Positions 36,380 through 46,370 are shown, numbered from the stretch's first letter. The stretch is DNA of 64,000 nt from Candidatus Marinacidobacterium sp. (GCA_965220965.1 CBDCRI010000001.1:1-64000), one strand, 5' to 3'. Translations and numbers: made by a program. Notes: generated by a model not told the origin, from the letters alone.

Positions 36380-36838
36380 TCAATAGCCCATGTCCAGCTG
36401 CTGGGCATCCGCGGCCAGTTCGTCGAGCGCCCGGCGTCGGGCCGCGTCCGTCGCGTTCCTGTGGCGGAGGACGGCGTCGGAGCGCACGCGCCGGTGCGTT
36501 CCGACCTTGCGATGGGGAATGGCGCCCGTTTCGAGAAGCCCGACGAGGAAGGGGTGCGAGACGTTGAGCAAATCGGCCGCCTGCTGGGTGGTCAGCTCCG
36601 CGTCCTTGCGGATCACCGCAACCGAACTGCCCGAAGCCATCCCCTCAAGGGCGTCCAGCAGGACGACGCCGAGCGATGCGGGCAGCTCAATTGCGTACCG
36701 CCCGCCAGCGTCGCTGACCTGGAGCGACGGTGCGGGCTTTGCGTCGAGCAAGGCACGCAGGCGCTCGCTGGAGGCCCGGGCGAGGTCGACGTCCGCTTTC
36801 GAAGGCAGGGGCGGGCGTGTCTGCGCATCCATCCTCAT
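36380..36838 (-). CDS. Excisionase-type helix-turn-helix DNA-binding protein
   Basis: ELTTQQAADLLNVSHPFLVGLLETGAIPHRKVGTHRRV...LDELAADAQQLDMGY. Confidence 0.9.
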   Translation of the reverse strand: MRMDAQTRPPLPSKADVDLARASSERLRALLDAKPAPSLQVSDAGGRYAIELPASLGVVLLDALEGMASGSSVAVIRKDAELTTQQAADLLNVSHPFLVGLLETGAIPHRKVGTHRRVRSDAVLRHRNATDAARRRALDELAADAQQLDMGY

Positions 36839-37567
36839 GACGCCTCGACTTGCTTTGCGGGCAACCCTAGCGGCCCATTCCACCCAACGCAACATCCGAA
36901 ACGGCGGGCGGGAGGGCAACGGGCAGAGGGGCATTGGGGATCGTCACGTGCCCCTCGGCTTTGAGCGCCGGCAAGCGCGACGGCGCCCCGTCGCGAGCTC
37001 CATCCGGCCAGCGGTCGAGCCGGGGCTTCCTCTTGCCCTCAACCCCCCTCCCCAAACACGTGGTTCGGCACGAACTCGCAGGGGGCTGGAGTGCCTGCCC
37101 GGCCGCAAGGTGCGGCAAGGCGCGGTCCATCGACACGCCCTTCGCGAAGGCGGGCCATCCGCGCGCCTCGCCCGTCGGGATCGCGGAAGCGGCCACGGCG
37201 CTTCGACATGCCCTCGTTCAATTCGATCAAGGGCGCGTTTCGAACGCCGCGGTGGGCCTTGCCCGCAGGCCCGGGTTCGGCCCGCCATTCCCGGGCATCC
37301 GAAAAAGGCAATGCAAGGAGGGCCTTCGCCGGGCGGCGGGCAAGCGCGTCAGCGTAACCGGGCGCGGTTCGGAAGCTCGCGCTGCGCAACGCTCTGGAGC
37401 GGCTTAGCAGGGTGCCGAACGCCCCCCCCCGACCGTCGATTGGGCACGGCTCAGCCGGGCGCCGCCGGCCCAGGCGCGGGCGTGCGACAGGCCGCCCCGG
37501 TCGGCAGCGCCACGCCCTGCCTTGGCGTCATTCTCCGGACCGCGGGCGGCGCGCCCTCGATTGCGCA

Positions 37568-38770
37568 TCAAGCGGCGGACGGCCGGGGCAGGGTGCAGGA
37601 CTTCAACTCGCCGACGTAGTCCCGCAGCGCTTGGATGCCGGTGGCCTCGGCGTCCCGGCACCAGTCGCGCAGGGCCGCCAGCAGGTCGTCGGCGTTGCCG
37701 CCGCGCTTGGCCCAGATGCCATGCAGGCGCAGGCGCAGGCTGTGGGCAGCGGCGAGGGCTTGGCTGGCGTCCACGGCCGCCTCAATGCGCCGCATGCCGC
37801 TGGCGCTCACTCGGGCCTGCTCCCGGCACAGCGCCGCCCGCGCCCGCCGGAACAGCTTGACGGTGGCCTGGTCGGCATTGGCGCACTCAAGCTTGATGAG
37901 CGGCTTGACCACTTGGCTCCTGTACTTGGCCATCAGCCGGAAGCGGTCGTTGAGCACCGCCCAAGCGGTGTCAATGTCCAGCGTGGTCTTGCCGGGCACC
38001 TGCTTGACGATGGGGCCGGTGCTCTTCGGTTTCGCGAGCCCGAACGCCTGGAAAAGACGGATCCACATCCATCCGATGTCGAACTCCCACCACTTTTGCG
38101 AGAGCTTCGCGGAATTGGGGTAGGCGTGATGGTTGTTGTGCAGCTCCTCGCCGCCAATGACGATGCCCCAAGGCAGCATGTTGGCGCTGGCGTCAGGGGA
38201 CTCATAGTTGCGGTAGCCCCAAAAGTGGCCGATGCCATTGACCACGCCGGCCCCCAGCACCGGGATCCAGAGCATCTGCACGGCCCAGACCGTCAGGCCA
38301 ATGAAGCCGAACAGAAGGATGTTGATGGCGGCGAGAATGGTCACGCCCGCCGTGGGGTGGCGGGAGTAAAGGTTGCGCTCCACCCAGTCGTCCGGGCAGC
38401 CGGCGCCGTAGCGCTCAACGGAGGCGCGGTCCGCGGCGGCCTCCCGGTAGGCTTCCGTGCCTTTCCAGAAGATCGCCCCCAATCCCCGCCTCTGCGGGCT
38501 GTGCGGGTCGTCGTCGGTCTCGGTGGCGGCGTGGTGCTTGCGGTGCACGGCCACCCATTCCCGGGTGATCATGCCCGTGGTGAGCCACGACCAGAAGCGG
38601 AGGAAGTGCTGCAGCGCCGGATGCAGGTCCAGCGCCCGATGCGCGGCGTGCCGGTGCAGGTAGACCGTCACGGTGACGATGGTGACGTGCGTGGTTGCCA
38701 GGACGTAGGCAACGACGCCCCAAGTTGAGGGGTTCGCAAGTCCATGGCCAAGCCAATGCAATGTGTCCAA
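37568..38770 (-). CDS. Membrane fatty-acid (delta-9 acyl-lipid/CoA) desaturase
   Basis: His boxes HRHAAH, HRKHH and HNNHH; DDPHSP; TTG start after GGGAG. Confidence 0.92.
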   Translation of the reverse strand: MDTLHWLGHGLANPSTWGVVAYVLATTHVTIVTVTVYLHRHAAHRALDLHPALQHFLRFWSWLTTGMITREWVAVHRKHHAATETDDDPHSPQRRGLGAIFWKGTEAYREAAADRASVERYGAGCPDDWVERNLYSRHPTAGVTILAAINILLFGFIGLTVWAVQMLWIPVLGAGVVNGIGHFWGYRNYESPDASANMLPWGIVIGGEELHNNHHAYPNSAKLSQKWWEFDIGWMWIRLFQAFGLAKPKSTGPIVKQVPGKTTLDIDTAWAVLNDRFRLMAKYRSQVVKPLIKLECANADQATVKLFRRARAALCREQARVSASGMRRIEAAVDASQALAAAHSLRLRLHGIWAKRGGNADDLLAALRDWCRDAEATGIQALRDYVGELKSCTLPRPSAA

Positions 38771-39022
38771 CGGCGTTCGCTCCCTTACCTTGTTGTTGTG
38801 TGTCGCCTTCCCTTGGGCCCGGTTGCCGGGCCGCCCTCCCGATCCCGGGGGCGGCCTCCTTGCTGGCGCCATTGCGCGCATCGATCGCGGGCGCAGGGGA
38901 ACTCTGGCGACAACGACCGCCCATTGCAAGCCCGCGCGACGGCTCAGGGCCTTGCGGGGTTCGGGCCTGCCGGATCAGGTGGCGTCCCCGATTCCGACAG
39001 GATCCTGAGCCGCCGCAGCGGT

Positions 39023-39051
39023 TTGACTTTTCCGGGGCCGCTAGGTACGTT
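39023..39051 (+). promoter_or_regulatory. sigma70-type promoter TTGACT-17 bp-TACGTT for the icm/dot operon
   Basis: Canonical spacing. The ATG at 39059 lies 7 nt downstream with no RBS. Confidence 0.6.
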
Positions 39052-39058
39052 TTTTCGC

Positions 39059-39391
39059 ATGGCGGCTCGACGCGACAAGGGGTTCAGGCCCGGCCCGGCG
39101 CCGGCCGACCCGGCCGCGCAGCGCGGCCAGCTGCTCCGGCTCCGAACGGCCGCCATCCGCGGCGGCAGCCGCCACGCGCTGGCCAGGCGCGTGCGCCGGA
39201 CGCTGTGGCTGTTCATGGCGCTGAACCTGGCGACCTTCGCCGCGCTGCTGGCGACGACGCTGCTGCGGGCGGCCAACGCGCAGACCGAGTACCGGATCGA
39301 GCTCTCGGCCGGCGGCACCGCCCCGCTGCGCCCGCTGCCGGAGGCGGAGGCCCGCGCCCTGGCCGCGGCCCGCCAGGGCGCCGCGGACTGA
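39059..39391 (+). CDS. Small single-TM protein (DotJ/IcmM-like position)
   Basis: One TM helix followed by YRIELSAGGTAPLRPL. First gene of the dot/icm-like operon. Confidence 0.5.
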   Translation: MAARRDKGFRPGPAPADPAAQRGQLLRLRTAAIRGGSRHALARRVRRTLWLFMALNLATFAALLATTLLRAANAQTEYRIELSAGGTAPLRPLPEAEARALAAARQGAAD

Positions 39392-39396
39392 CCCGC

Positions 39397-40140
39397 ATGG
39401 CCGCCGCCCGCGAGGGCGGGGAGCGCCGGCGGCGCCTGCCCCGGCTCTTCGCCCGCAAGCCCACCGAGACCTCCTCGGAGGCGCCGCCCTCGGAGCGGGT
39501 GGCGGCCACCGCCTCGGCGACGCTGGCCTCGCAGTCGCTGCTCACGGTCGGCTGCGTCCTGTCGGCGGTGGCGCTGTGCGTCTCGCTGGCGGCGCTCACC
39601 ATGGAGCTCAACAGGCTGCCGGAGCGCGTGTACTTCTCCGGCGACAGCGAGGGCCGCCTGCTGCCCCTCGCCCCCTTGGGCCGGCCGCACTACAGCCGGG
39701 CGTTCGTCTCCGACTGGCTGGTCGGGAGCCTGACCGAGCTGTGGACCTTCCACCACGGCAACTGGCGCAGCCACCTGACCCGGAGCACCCAGGAGTCCTT
39801 CACCGACGGCGGGCGCCTGCTGTTCCTGGAGGCGCTCGCCAGCACGGTCGACCTCGGGGAGCTTGAGCGCAACCGCAACTGGGTCTCGATCGAGTGGTCG
39901 TCGAACCCCGTGCTGGTGGAGGAGGGGCTGCGGCGGCGCCCGGACGGCAGCTACTTCTCGGCCTGGGACTGGGTGTGGCGCATCGACGCCGTGCTGACGG
40001 TCGCCAACGACGACCTGGCCAGCCGGACGCCGATGGAGGTGACGGCGGTGGTCACCCGCACCGGGATGCGCTCCGGGGGGCTGGGCCTGGCGCTGCGCAG
40101 CCTGGTGATGGCGCCGGCCCGGGGGGACGGCCCCGAATGA
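39397..40140 (+). CDS. dotI: DotI/IcmL (TraM)-like T4BSS protein
   Basis: TM helix then YFSGDSEGRLLPLAPLGRP..VSDWL..LWTF..NWRSHL..FTDGG..FLEAL. Confidence 0.8.
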   Translation: MAAAREGGERRRRLPRLFARKPTETSSEAPPSERVAATASATLASQSLLTVGCVLSAVALCVSLAALTMELNRLPERVYFSGDSEGRLLPLAPLGRPHYSRAFVSDWLVGSLTELWTFHHGNWRSHLTRSTQESFTDGGRLLFLEALASTVDLGELERNRNWVSIEWSSNPVLVEEGLRRRPDGSYFSAWDWVWRIDAVLTVANDDLASRTPMEVTAVVTRTGMRSGGLGLALRSLVMAPARGDGPE

Positions 40141-40712
40141 GGGGGCGGGCGGCGCTGGTGCTCGCCACGCCGCTGGCCCTGCTGGCGGCCGCGGCGCTGC
40201 AGACCTGCGCCTCGACCCACCGCGCCGCCCCCGCCCACCTGTACATCGACCCCGCCGGCGCCCCCGTGCGGATGATCCCCTTCCGGCGACCCGCGCAGGC
40301 CAACCGCCAAGTCTCGGACTGGCTGCGGGTGGCCCTGGTGGAGCTGTGGTCGTACAGCTACCGCGACTACGACGAGCACCTGCTGCGGGTCGGCGGCGGC
40401 ATCCTCTCGCCGGCGGCGCTGGTCTCCTTCGAGGCGGCCAACGGCGGCTTCGTCGAGGGGCTGAGGCGCGTGCGCGGCTGGACCTCGTTCGTCGCGCTCG
40501 GCGAGCCTTTGCTGCTTGACAGGAAAAGTCAAGTCAATCAAATTGAGGAATGGTTGTTCGAGGTGGTCGGCCAATGGCAGATTTCGCGCAGGGACGCCGC
40601 GCCCCAGGTCCACGACATGGTCCTGCACGTGCGCGTGGCGTCCGACCCGGCGGCGGGCCACGAGCTGCGCATCACCGCGATGGACCTGCGCTCCAATGAC
40701 CGGCGCACCTGA
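40137..40712 (+). CDS. Second DotI/IcmL-like protein
   Basis: MIPFRRP..QVSDWLRVALVELWSYSYRDYDEHL parallels the preceding gene. ATGA-coupled. Confidence 0.65.
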   Translation: MRGRAALVLATPLALLAAAALQTCASTHRAAPAHLYIDPAGAPVRMIPFRRPAQANRQVSDWLRVALVELWSYSYRDYDEHLLRVGGGILSPAALVSFEAANGGFVEGLRRVRGWTSFVALGEPLLLDRKSQVNQIEEWLFEVVGQWQISRRDAAPQVHDMVLHVRVASDPAAGHELRITAMDLRSNDRRT

Positions 40713-41928
40713 GGCGCGGCGCGCGCCCCGGCGCGCCGCCGCGCTGCTTCTGGCCTGCCTGCCGCTGGCGGGCCCGGCCCTGGCGCAGCCGTCGTGGTCC
40801 GGGGAGCCCGCCGCGGGCCAGGGCCAGGCCGGCGAGGGGCCGCCGCCGCTGCCGGCCCGCGCCAGCGAGCCCTCCAGGGTGCTCTACACCGACGAGCAGC
40901 GCCAGGTGGTGGCGGACGTGTTCGGCGAGGAGGCCACCCTCAGCCTGACCCAGGACGAGGCCGCCCTGCTCGCCGCCCGCATCGCCGAGCTGGCCCGCCA
41001 GAGGAAGGAGATGGAGACCATGGCCCCGGAGCGGCGCCGGCTGATGGAGGCCATGATGAAGCAGATCGAGGAGGAGGCGCTGGTCCGCCAGCGGCCGCCG
41101 CCGCCGGAGCTGATCCGCGAGATGCGCCGCACGCAGCGCGACTCGGAAGCGGCCACCGAGCGGCCGCTGGCCCCGGTGCACCTGGCGATGCGCACCGTCC
41201 ACCACGAGCTCGGCAGCGTCCACGCGGTCGACCTGCGCGTCTCCCCCTCCTACGTCTCGACCTTGATTTTCGTGGACGCCGCGGGCGCGCCCTGGCCGGT
41301 CGCCCACCGCGTGCTCGGCGACAGCTCGGCCGTCTCCTCGGAGGTCCTGGACGACGGCAACGGCAACGTGGTGGTGGTGCAGAACAGCCAGCAGGCGCGC
41401 TTCCGGGAGAGCAGCGCGATGTTCATGCTGCGCGGGGCGCAGGCGCCGATCACCGTGCGCATCCTCGGCGACGACCGGGTGGTCGACGCCCGGCTGACCG
41501 TGCAGGTGCCGTCCTTCGGCCCGCTGTCCGGCGGCCGGCGCGACGTGGGCGACGGCCTCACGCACCGCGACTCGCGGATCATGGACATGCTCGGCGACCC
41601 CAACCAGGACTACGTCACGGCGCGCTTCCGCCTCGTCGCCCACGAGGGGACGGCGGACGGGCTGGCCCGGGTCGAGGCGCTGCGCACGGACGACGGCCGG
41701 GTGTTCGTGCGCGGCCCGATGCGGCTGGTGTCGCCGTCCTGGACCCAGCAGGCGGTGTCGGAGACCGGCATGCGGATCTACGAGGTGCCGCCGGTCCACC
41801 AGTACATCTTCGCGGTGGAGGGCGAGCGCGCCGGCCACGGCTTCGTGCACGCCCGCCTGGAGGCGCAGCTGCCGGTCCAGGTGCGCCTCGAGCCGCCGCC
41901 CCCCGAGCTCGCCGGCGCGGGGGGCTGA
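40696..41928 (+). CDS. dotH: DotH/IcmK (TraN)-like T4BSS core protein
   Basis: Signal peptide; PELIREMRR; LRVSPSYVSTLIFVDAAGAPWPV; VDARLTVQVPSFGP; LVSPSW. Confidence 0.85.
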   Translation: MTGAPEARRAPRRAAALLLACLPLAGPALAQPSWSGEPAAGQGQAGEGPPPLPARASEPSRVLYTDEQRQVVADVFGEEATLSLTQDEAALLAARIAELARQRKEMETMAPERRRLMEAMMKQIEEEALVRQRPPPPELIREMRRTQRDSEAATERPLAPVHLAMRTVHHELGSVHAVDLRVSPSYVSTLIFVDAAGAPWPVAHRVLGDSSAVSSEVLDDGNGNVVVVQNSQQARFRESSAMFMLRGAQAPITVRILGDDRVVDARLTVQVPSFGPLSGGRRDVGDGLTHRDSRIMDMLGDPNQDYVTARFRLVAHEGTADGLARVEALRTDDGRVFVRGPMRLVSPSWTQQAVSETGMRIYEVPPVHQYIFAVEGERAGHGFVHARLEAQLPVQVRLEPPPPELAGAGG

Positions 41929-41930
41929 GC

Positions 41931-43337
41931 GTGGCCGGCGTGGTCGAGGGCCTGTCGAACCTCCGCTCGCGGATGTCCGGGCGGACGGTGCTGATGATGG
42001 GCCTGACGTTCATCCTGGTGGTCGTCATGGGCGGCTACATGCTCCTCAACTACGGCGGCGACGGCGGGGCGGAGGCGCCGGCGGCGCTGCCCGACCTCGA
42101 GGACGACGGCAGCGCCCGGCTGCGCGGCCTGCCCGAGCTGGAGGTCCGGCCGCCCTCCCTGACCGAGGCCGTCGAGACGGGCGGCGCGGGGCTGGTCGAG
42201 CGGGAGGAGGCGGAGATCGCCCGGGAGGAGGTGGAGCGGATCGCCGAGCGGGCCGCCGAGTCGCCCGCCGACGAGGCCTTCGTGGCCCAGCTGGAACGCA
42301 TGGTGCCGGTGGCCGGCCCGGCCGTGGAGGTGCGCGAGCCGGCCGCGCCGACCCCGCTCGACGGCGCCCTGCCGCCCCTCGGGGCCGACGGCGGGCCGGC
42401 GCTGCCCACGGTCCCGCCCGAGCCCGACGGCGAGGCCCCGGCGGGGCTGCCGCCCGGCGTGTCCGCGGAGCGCGAGCTGTTCGCGCGCGAGCCGAACCAG
42501 CACTTCGACCCCAGCCGCGTCAGGACGCCGAGCGCCAACGTGCAGGCGGAGTTCGACCGGCTGGCGGACTTCCGCGCGGCCTACCAGGCGAGGATCGCCG
42601 AGAGCCTGGCCAAGGGCGCCGACGGCGGCGCCTTCTCGATCGCCTCCTTCGACGGCGGCGAGGCGCCGCCGGCCGGGGGCGCGGACCCGCTGGCCGACCT
42701 GCCGCCGGCCGACGTGCTCTGGCGCGGCCTGCCCGGGGACATCCTCTACGGCTTCCTCGACGCCGACGTCAACTCCGACCACCTGCACCAGGTGGTCGCC
42801 ACGGTCGGCGACGGCGGGCCGCTCGACGGCGCCGTGCTGGTCGGGCAGCCGGCCCTGCTCGGCGCCAAGCGCATCATCATCGAGTTCTCCTCCATGCACT
42901 TCGGCGGCCGCGAGCTGCCGATCGACGCGGTGGCGGTGAACCCGCGCACCCTGGAGGTGGCGATGGCCGACTCGGTCAACTCCCACGTGCTCGACCGCTA
43001 CGGCTCCATCGTGCTGGCCTCGCTGATGCGCGGCTACGCGGAGTCGCTGCGCCAGGACGTGATCGTGCACACCCAGGCCGGGCCGGTCGTCTACAGCAGC
43101 GTCGGCCCGACGTCCACGGGCGACGGCGACGGCGGCGACGGGCAGCCGGTGACGCAGATCGTCACCCGGCCCGACCCGTCCACCGAGGACCGCCTGGTCA
43201 CCGCCGCCGGGGAGGTGGCGGACGTGCTGATCCCGACGCTGCGGGACCGGCTGTCGCGGCCGCCGACGGTGAAGGTCTTCGCCCGGTCCGGCGTCGGCAT
43301 CAAGCTGCTCTCCCCGCTCACCGTCCCGCGCCGCTGA
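41931..43337 (+). CDS. dotG: DotG/IcmE (TraO, VirB10-like) T4BSS core protein
   Basis: N-terminal TM and Pro-rich linker; GDILYGFLDADVNSD..VVATV..GPLDGAVLVG; AMADSVNSHVLDRYG; RPPTVKV. Confidence 0.85.
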   Translation: MAGVVEGLSNLRSRMSGRTVLMMGLTFILVVVMGGYMLLNYGGDGGAEAPAALPDLEDDGSARLRGLPELEVRPPSLTEAVETGGAGLVEREEAEIAREEVERIAERAAESPADEAFVAQLERMVPVAGPAVEVREPAAPTPLDGALPPLGADGGPALPTVPPEPDGEAPAGLPPGVSAERELFAREPNQHFDPSRVRTPSANVQAEFDRLADFRAAYQARIAESLAKGADGGAFSIASFDGGEAPPAGGADPLADLPPADVLWRGLPGDILYGFLDADVNSDHLHQVVATVGDGGPLDGAVLVGQPALLGAKRIIIEFSSMHFGGRELPIDAVAVNPRTLEVAMADSVNSHVLDRYGSIVLASLMRGYAESLRQDVIVHTQAGPVVYSSVGPTSTGDGDGGDGQPVTQIVTRPDPSTEDRLVTAAGEVADVLIPTLRDRLSRPPTVKVFARSGVGIKLLSPLTVPRR

Positions 43338-43349
43338 CGCGCCAGGCCC

Positions 43350-45527
43350 GTGACCGAGTACAGGGAGTTCCTCGAGGGGGTCTCGGCCACCCACGCGCTG
43401 AACCCGGAGGCGCGCCGCCACCTCGCCGACATCCTCGCCGAGGAGGCGGCCGGGCGGACGGCGTCCTTCGAGGCCGGCGCCTCCAGCGCCGACGCGGTGC
43501 ACTCCGAGGCCGCCAAGCGCCTCCTGGCCCAGCCGGCGGCGTTCGCCGCCGAGGAGCCGGACGGCGGGGAGCCGGCGGCCCCGGAGCCTCCGGAGGCCCC
43601 GGGCGCCGCCGCCCTGGCCGCCGCTGCGACCCGGCTGTTCGCGATGGAGGACGCGGCGCGGGCTGACGGGGGCGACGCCGCGGCCGGTGGGGCGCCGGAC
43701 CCGAACGGGGCGGACCCGGCCCACGAGGCCGCGGGGCTTGGGGCGGAGGCGGCGCGCGCCCCCGCCGCGGGCCGGGCCGGCGACGGCGACCAAGTCCTTG
43801 CCGGCATACGGTTCGAGCTGGCGGGGGAGGGGGAGGCCCTGCCCGGGGCCGCGGAAGGGGCGCCGGAGGGCGCGTCCGAGGAGCCCGGCCCCGACGGGGC
43901 GGCGGACCGGGGGCTGGACGCCTCCCGCCTCGACGCCCTGCTCGGCGGGCCCCGCCGGGCCGGCGCGCCGCAGCCGGCGCCCGCCCCGGACCCGGAGGCG
44001 ACGGCCCTCCCGGATCCGGACCCGGACGCGGATCCGCGCGAGGCCCCGGACGCCGCGGCGGCGCCGGAGGGCGCGGAGACCGGCGCCGAGGCCGTGGGTT
44101 CCGGGCGGGAGGCGGCGGGTCCGCCCCCGGACCGGGCAGGCGGCCCGCCGGAGGCCGACGGCGGCGCGCCCCCAGGCCCGCCCCCGCCGTTGGCGCCCGA
44201 CCCGCCCGCGGACGTGGGCGCGGACGCGGACGTTGAGGCGGGGCCGGCGCCTGGCGCCGGGGACGGCGCGGCGCTGCTCGAGTGGGAGGCGGACGCCGCG
44301 GACCTGGCCCCGCCCGCCGCGGCGGAGGCGCCCGCGCCGCCGGGGGCCGCCCCAGCGGCGGATCCCGGGGAGGCCGAGGCCTCCCCAGACGGCCCGGCCG
44401 GCCCGGAGGAGGCGGATGCCGAACCAAGGACAAGCGCAACGGAGGGACACCCCATGAAAACACTGCTCAAGTGGACGCTCGGCAGCGCCGTGCTGGCGGC
44501 CTGCGCCTACGGGGGGTACGTGCTGCTCGGCGGCTTCGCCGGCGGCGGCGCGCCCGCCGGCCCCGACCCGTTGGCGGCCGCCGCCGGGAGCGCGCTCGAC
44601 CCCCTGGGCGACCCGGCGCCCCCCTCGGGGCCGCTGGCGCCGCCGGGCGTGGAGGACGGCGCCGCCGCCCCCGCGGACCCGCTGGCGGCGGGCGACGGGA
44701 CGGGCCTGGCGGAGCTCCTGCCACCGTCCGCCGGCCCCGCGGAGGCCGTGCCGGCGCCGCCTCCAGGCGGCGGCCCCGAGGACGGCCTGGCCGGCCGCAT
44801 GGAGGCGCTGGCCGAGCGGATGGACGGGCTGGACCGGGAGCTGGCGGAGCGCGCCGACGCCTTGGCGGGTGCCATCGACGGCCTGGTGGCGGACATGGCC
44901 GGCATCCGCGAGCGCCAGGGCCTGATCCTGCAGTCGATCGAGGGGGTGGTCGAGGCGGTCGACCTGGCGCGCGCCGAGCTCGACCCCGCCCGCGCGCCCC
45001 GGCCCGGCGCGCCGGCCCAAGCGGGGGGCGCCTCCCAGCCGGCCGCCCCGCGGGTCCCGTCCTTCGAGCCGTGGGCCGAGTACCAGCTGCTGGGGGCGGC
45101 CGGCCGCCCGGAGGACGGGCTGTTCTTCCTGCACGTCCCCTCGCAGCGGGCCTTCGTCCACCGGCCGGGCGACGCCCTGTTCGACGGCCGCCAGGACGTC
45201 GCCGTGGCGCTGGTCCATCCCGGCGGCATCGTCTTCGAGGGCGGGCGCTACATCGGGGCGGCGCCCGTCGCGGGGGCCGCCCCGTCCCCCGGGGCCCCGG
45301 CGGCGTCCGGCCGCCGCCTGCTGGCGGAGTGGCAGTACCTCGGCACGGCCGCCGGGGCGTCCGGGGGCGGCGTCCTGCACATCTTCCAGTCGCCGGCCTC
45401 CGAGGTGGTCATGCTCGGCGAGGGCGAGCAGCTGCGCGGCCACGGCGCGGTGATGGGCGTGGGCCCGGACGGGCGCATGCTGATCGGCGGCGAGCACTAC
45501 CTGCCCGCGCCTGGGGGGCCGCGGTGA
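43350..45527 (+). CDS. DotF/IcmG-like protein: long acidic Pro/Ala-rich N-terminus, TM, coiled coil, C-terminal beta domains
   Basis: Position after dotG; TM near aa 370-395; coiled coil RMEALAERMDGLDRELAE. In-frame internal ATG at 44454 with RBS GGAGG. Confidence 0.5.
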   Translation: MTEYREFLEGVSATHALNPEARRHLADILAEEAAGRTASFEAGASSADAVHSEAAKRLLAQPAAFAAEEPDGGEPAAPEPPEAPGAAALAAAATRLFAMEDAARADGGDAAAGGAPDPNGADPAHEAAGLGAEAARAPAAGRAGDGDQVLAGIRFELAGEGEALPGAAEGAPEGASEEPGPDGAADRGLDASRLDALLGGPRRAGAPQPAPAPDPEATALPDPDPDADPREAPDAAAAPEGAETGAEAVGSGREAAGPPPDRAGGPPEADGGAPPGPPPPLAPDPPADVGADADVEAGPAPGAGDGAALLEWEADAADLAPPAAAEAPAPPGAAPAADPGEAEASPDGPAGPEEADAEPRTSATEGHPMKTLLKWTLGSAVLAACAYGGYVLLGGFAGGGAPAGPDPLAAAAGSALDPLGDPAPPSGPLAPPGVEDGAAAPADPLAAGDGTGLAELLPPSAGPAEAVPAPPPGGGPEDGLAGRMEALAERMDGLDRELAERADALAGAIDGLVADMAGIRERQGLILQSIEGVVEAVDLARAELDPARAPRPGAPAQAGGASQPAAPRVPSFEPWAEYQLLGAAGRPEDGLFFLHVPSQRAFVHRPGDALFDGRQDVAVALVHPGGIVFEGGRYIGAAPVAGAAPSPGAPAASGRRLLAEWQYLGTAAGASGGGVLHIFQSPASEVVMLGEGEQLRGHGAVMGVGPDGRMLIGGEHYLPAPGGPR

Positions 45528-45538
45528 GGCCCGCGCCC

Positions 45539-45808
45539 CTACTCGAACCAGAGGACGATGCGCAGGAGCAGCGCGAGGAAGGCGCGCAGCGCCCACATGG
45601 AGTAGCCCGCGGCGTTGTGCGCGGCGGCGTCCGCCACCGGCAGCACCCAGTGGTACCAGAGCACGACCAGCAGCAGGCCGACGGGAATCTTGAACGCGAG
45701 CAGGGACGCCACCTGGGCCGTGGCGCGCAGCGCGGAGGCCACGCCGGGCCGGCCCGCGCTCCTGAGCCGGGCCAAGCCTGCCAACACATAACCGGAGAAC
45801 CCAATCAT
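45539..45808 (-). CDS. Small membrane protein
   Basis: 89 aa with 2-3 hydrophobic segments. Divergent from, and abutting, 45807. Confidence 0.4.
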   Translation of the reverse strand: MIGFSGYVLAGLARLRSAGRPGVASALRATAQVASLLAFKIPVGLLLVVLWYHWVLPVADAAAHNAAGYSMWALRAFLALLLRIVLWFE

Positions 45809-46370
45809 GCCTTCACATTATAACCCGAAAGCCCCGTCCCGCGGCGGGGCGGCCGGCGGGCGCCGGCTCCTCCTCCTGGGCGCCCTCGCGGCGCTGTGCG
45901 CCGCGCCCGCCCCCGACGCCCAGGCGCGCCTGTACGTGCACGTCGAGCCCGGGCAGGAGGCGGCGGCGGAGCCGGGCGGCTGGCCGGGCGCGGCCGGCCT
46001 GCCGGACGGCGGCGCGGCGGCCGCCGAGCCGCGGCCGGTGGACCGCTCGCGGGTCCACGTGCTGCCCACCGACCGCTCCGTGGCGGAGAGCATCGAGGCG
46101 TGGGCGCTGGCCGAGGGCTGGCGCATCCGCTGGGAGGCGACGATGCCGCCGATCCGCCCGCGGCGCACGACGCGCTACTTCGGCTCGGTGGACCATCCCG
46201 ACGGGGCGCTGGCCATGGTGCTCGACCGCATCTCGCCCATCGTCGACCTGTCCGCGGAGGTGCATCCGGAGGACCGCGTCATCGCGATACGGGAGTGGCG
46301 CGCGCCTAAGTGGGAGGGGCAGGAGTTCCGTCTGGTCGATCCGGAGACGGGGATGACGCTAGATTTCTGA
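45807..46370 (+). CDS. Secreted TcpQ-domain (PilL-like) protein
   Basis: Signal peptide; SVAESIEAWALAEGWRIRWEA fits the TcpQ-domain pattern. Confidence 0.6.
   Translation: MPSHYNPKAPSRGGAAGGRRLLLLGALAALCAAPAPDAQARLYVHVEPGQEAAAEPGGWPGAAGLPDGGAAAAEPRPVDRSRVHVLPTDRSVAESIEAWALAEGWRIRWEATMPPIRPRRTTRYFGSVDHPDGALAMVLDRISPIVDLSAEVHPEDRVIAIREWRAPKWEGQEFRLVDPETGMTLDF

Noticed and set aside
36860-37560. Possible decayed gene(s) between the HTH gene and the desaturase
   Set aside because: Several short overlapping ORFs with no motif I can assign; needs tblastn.
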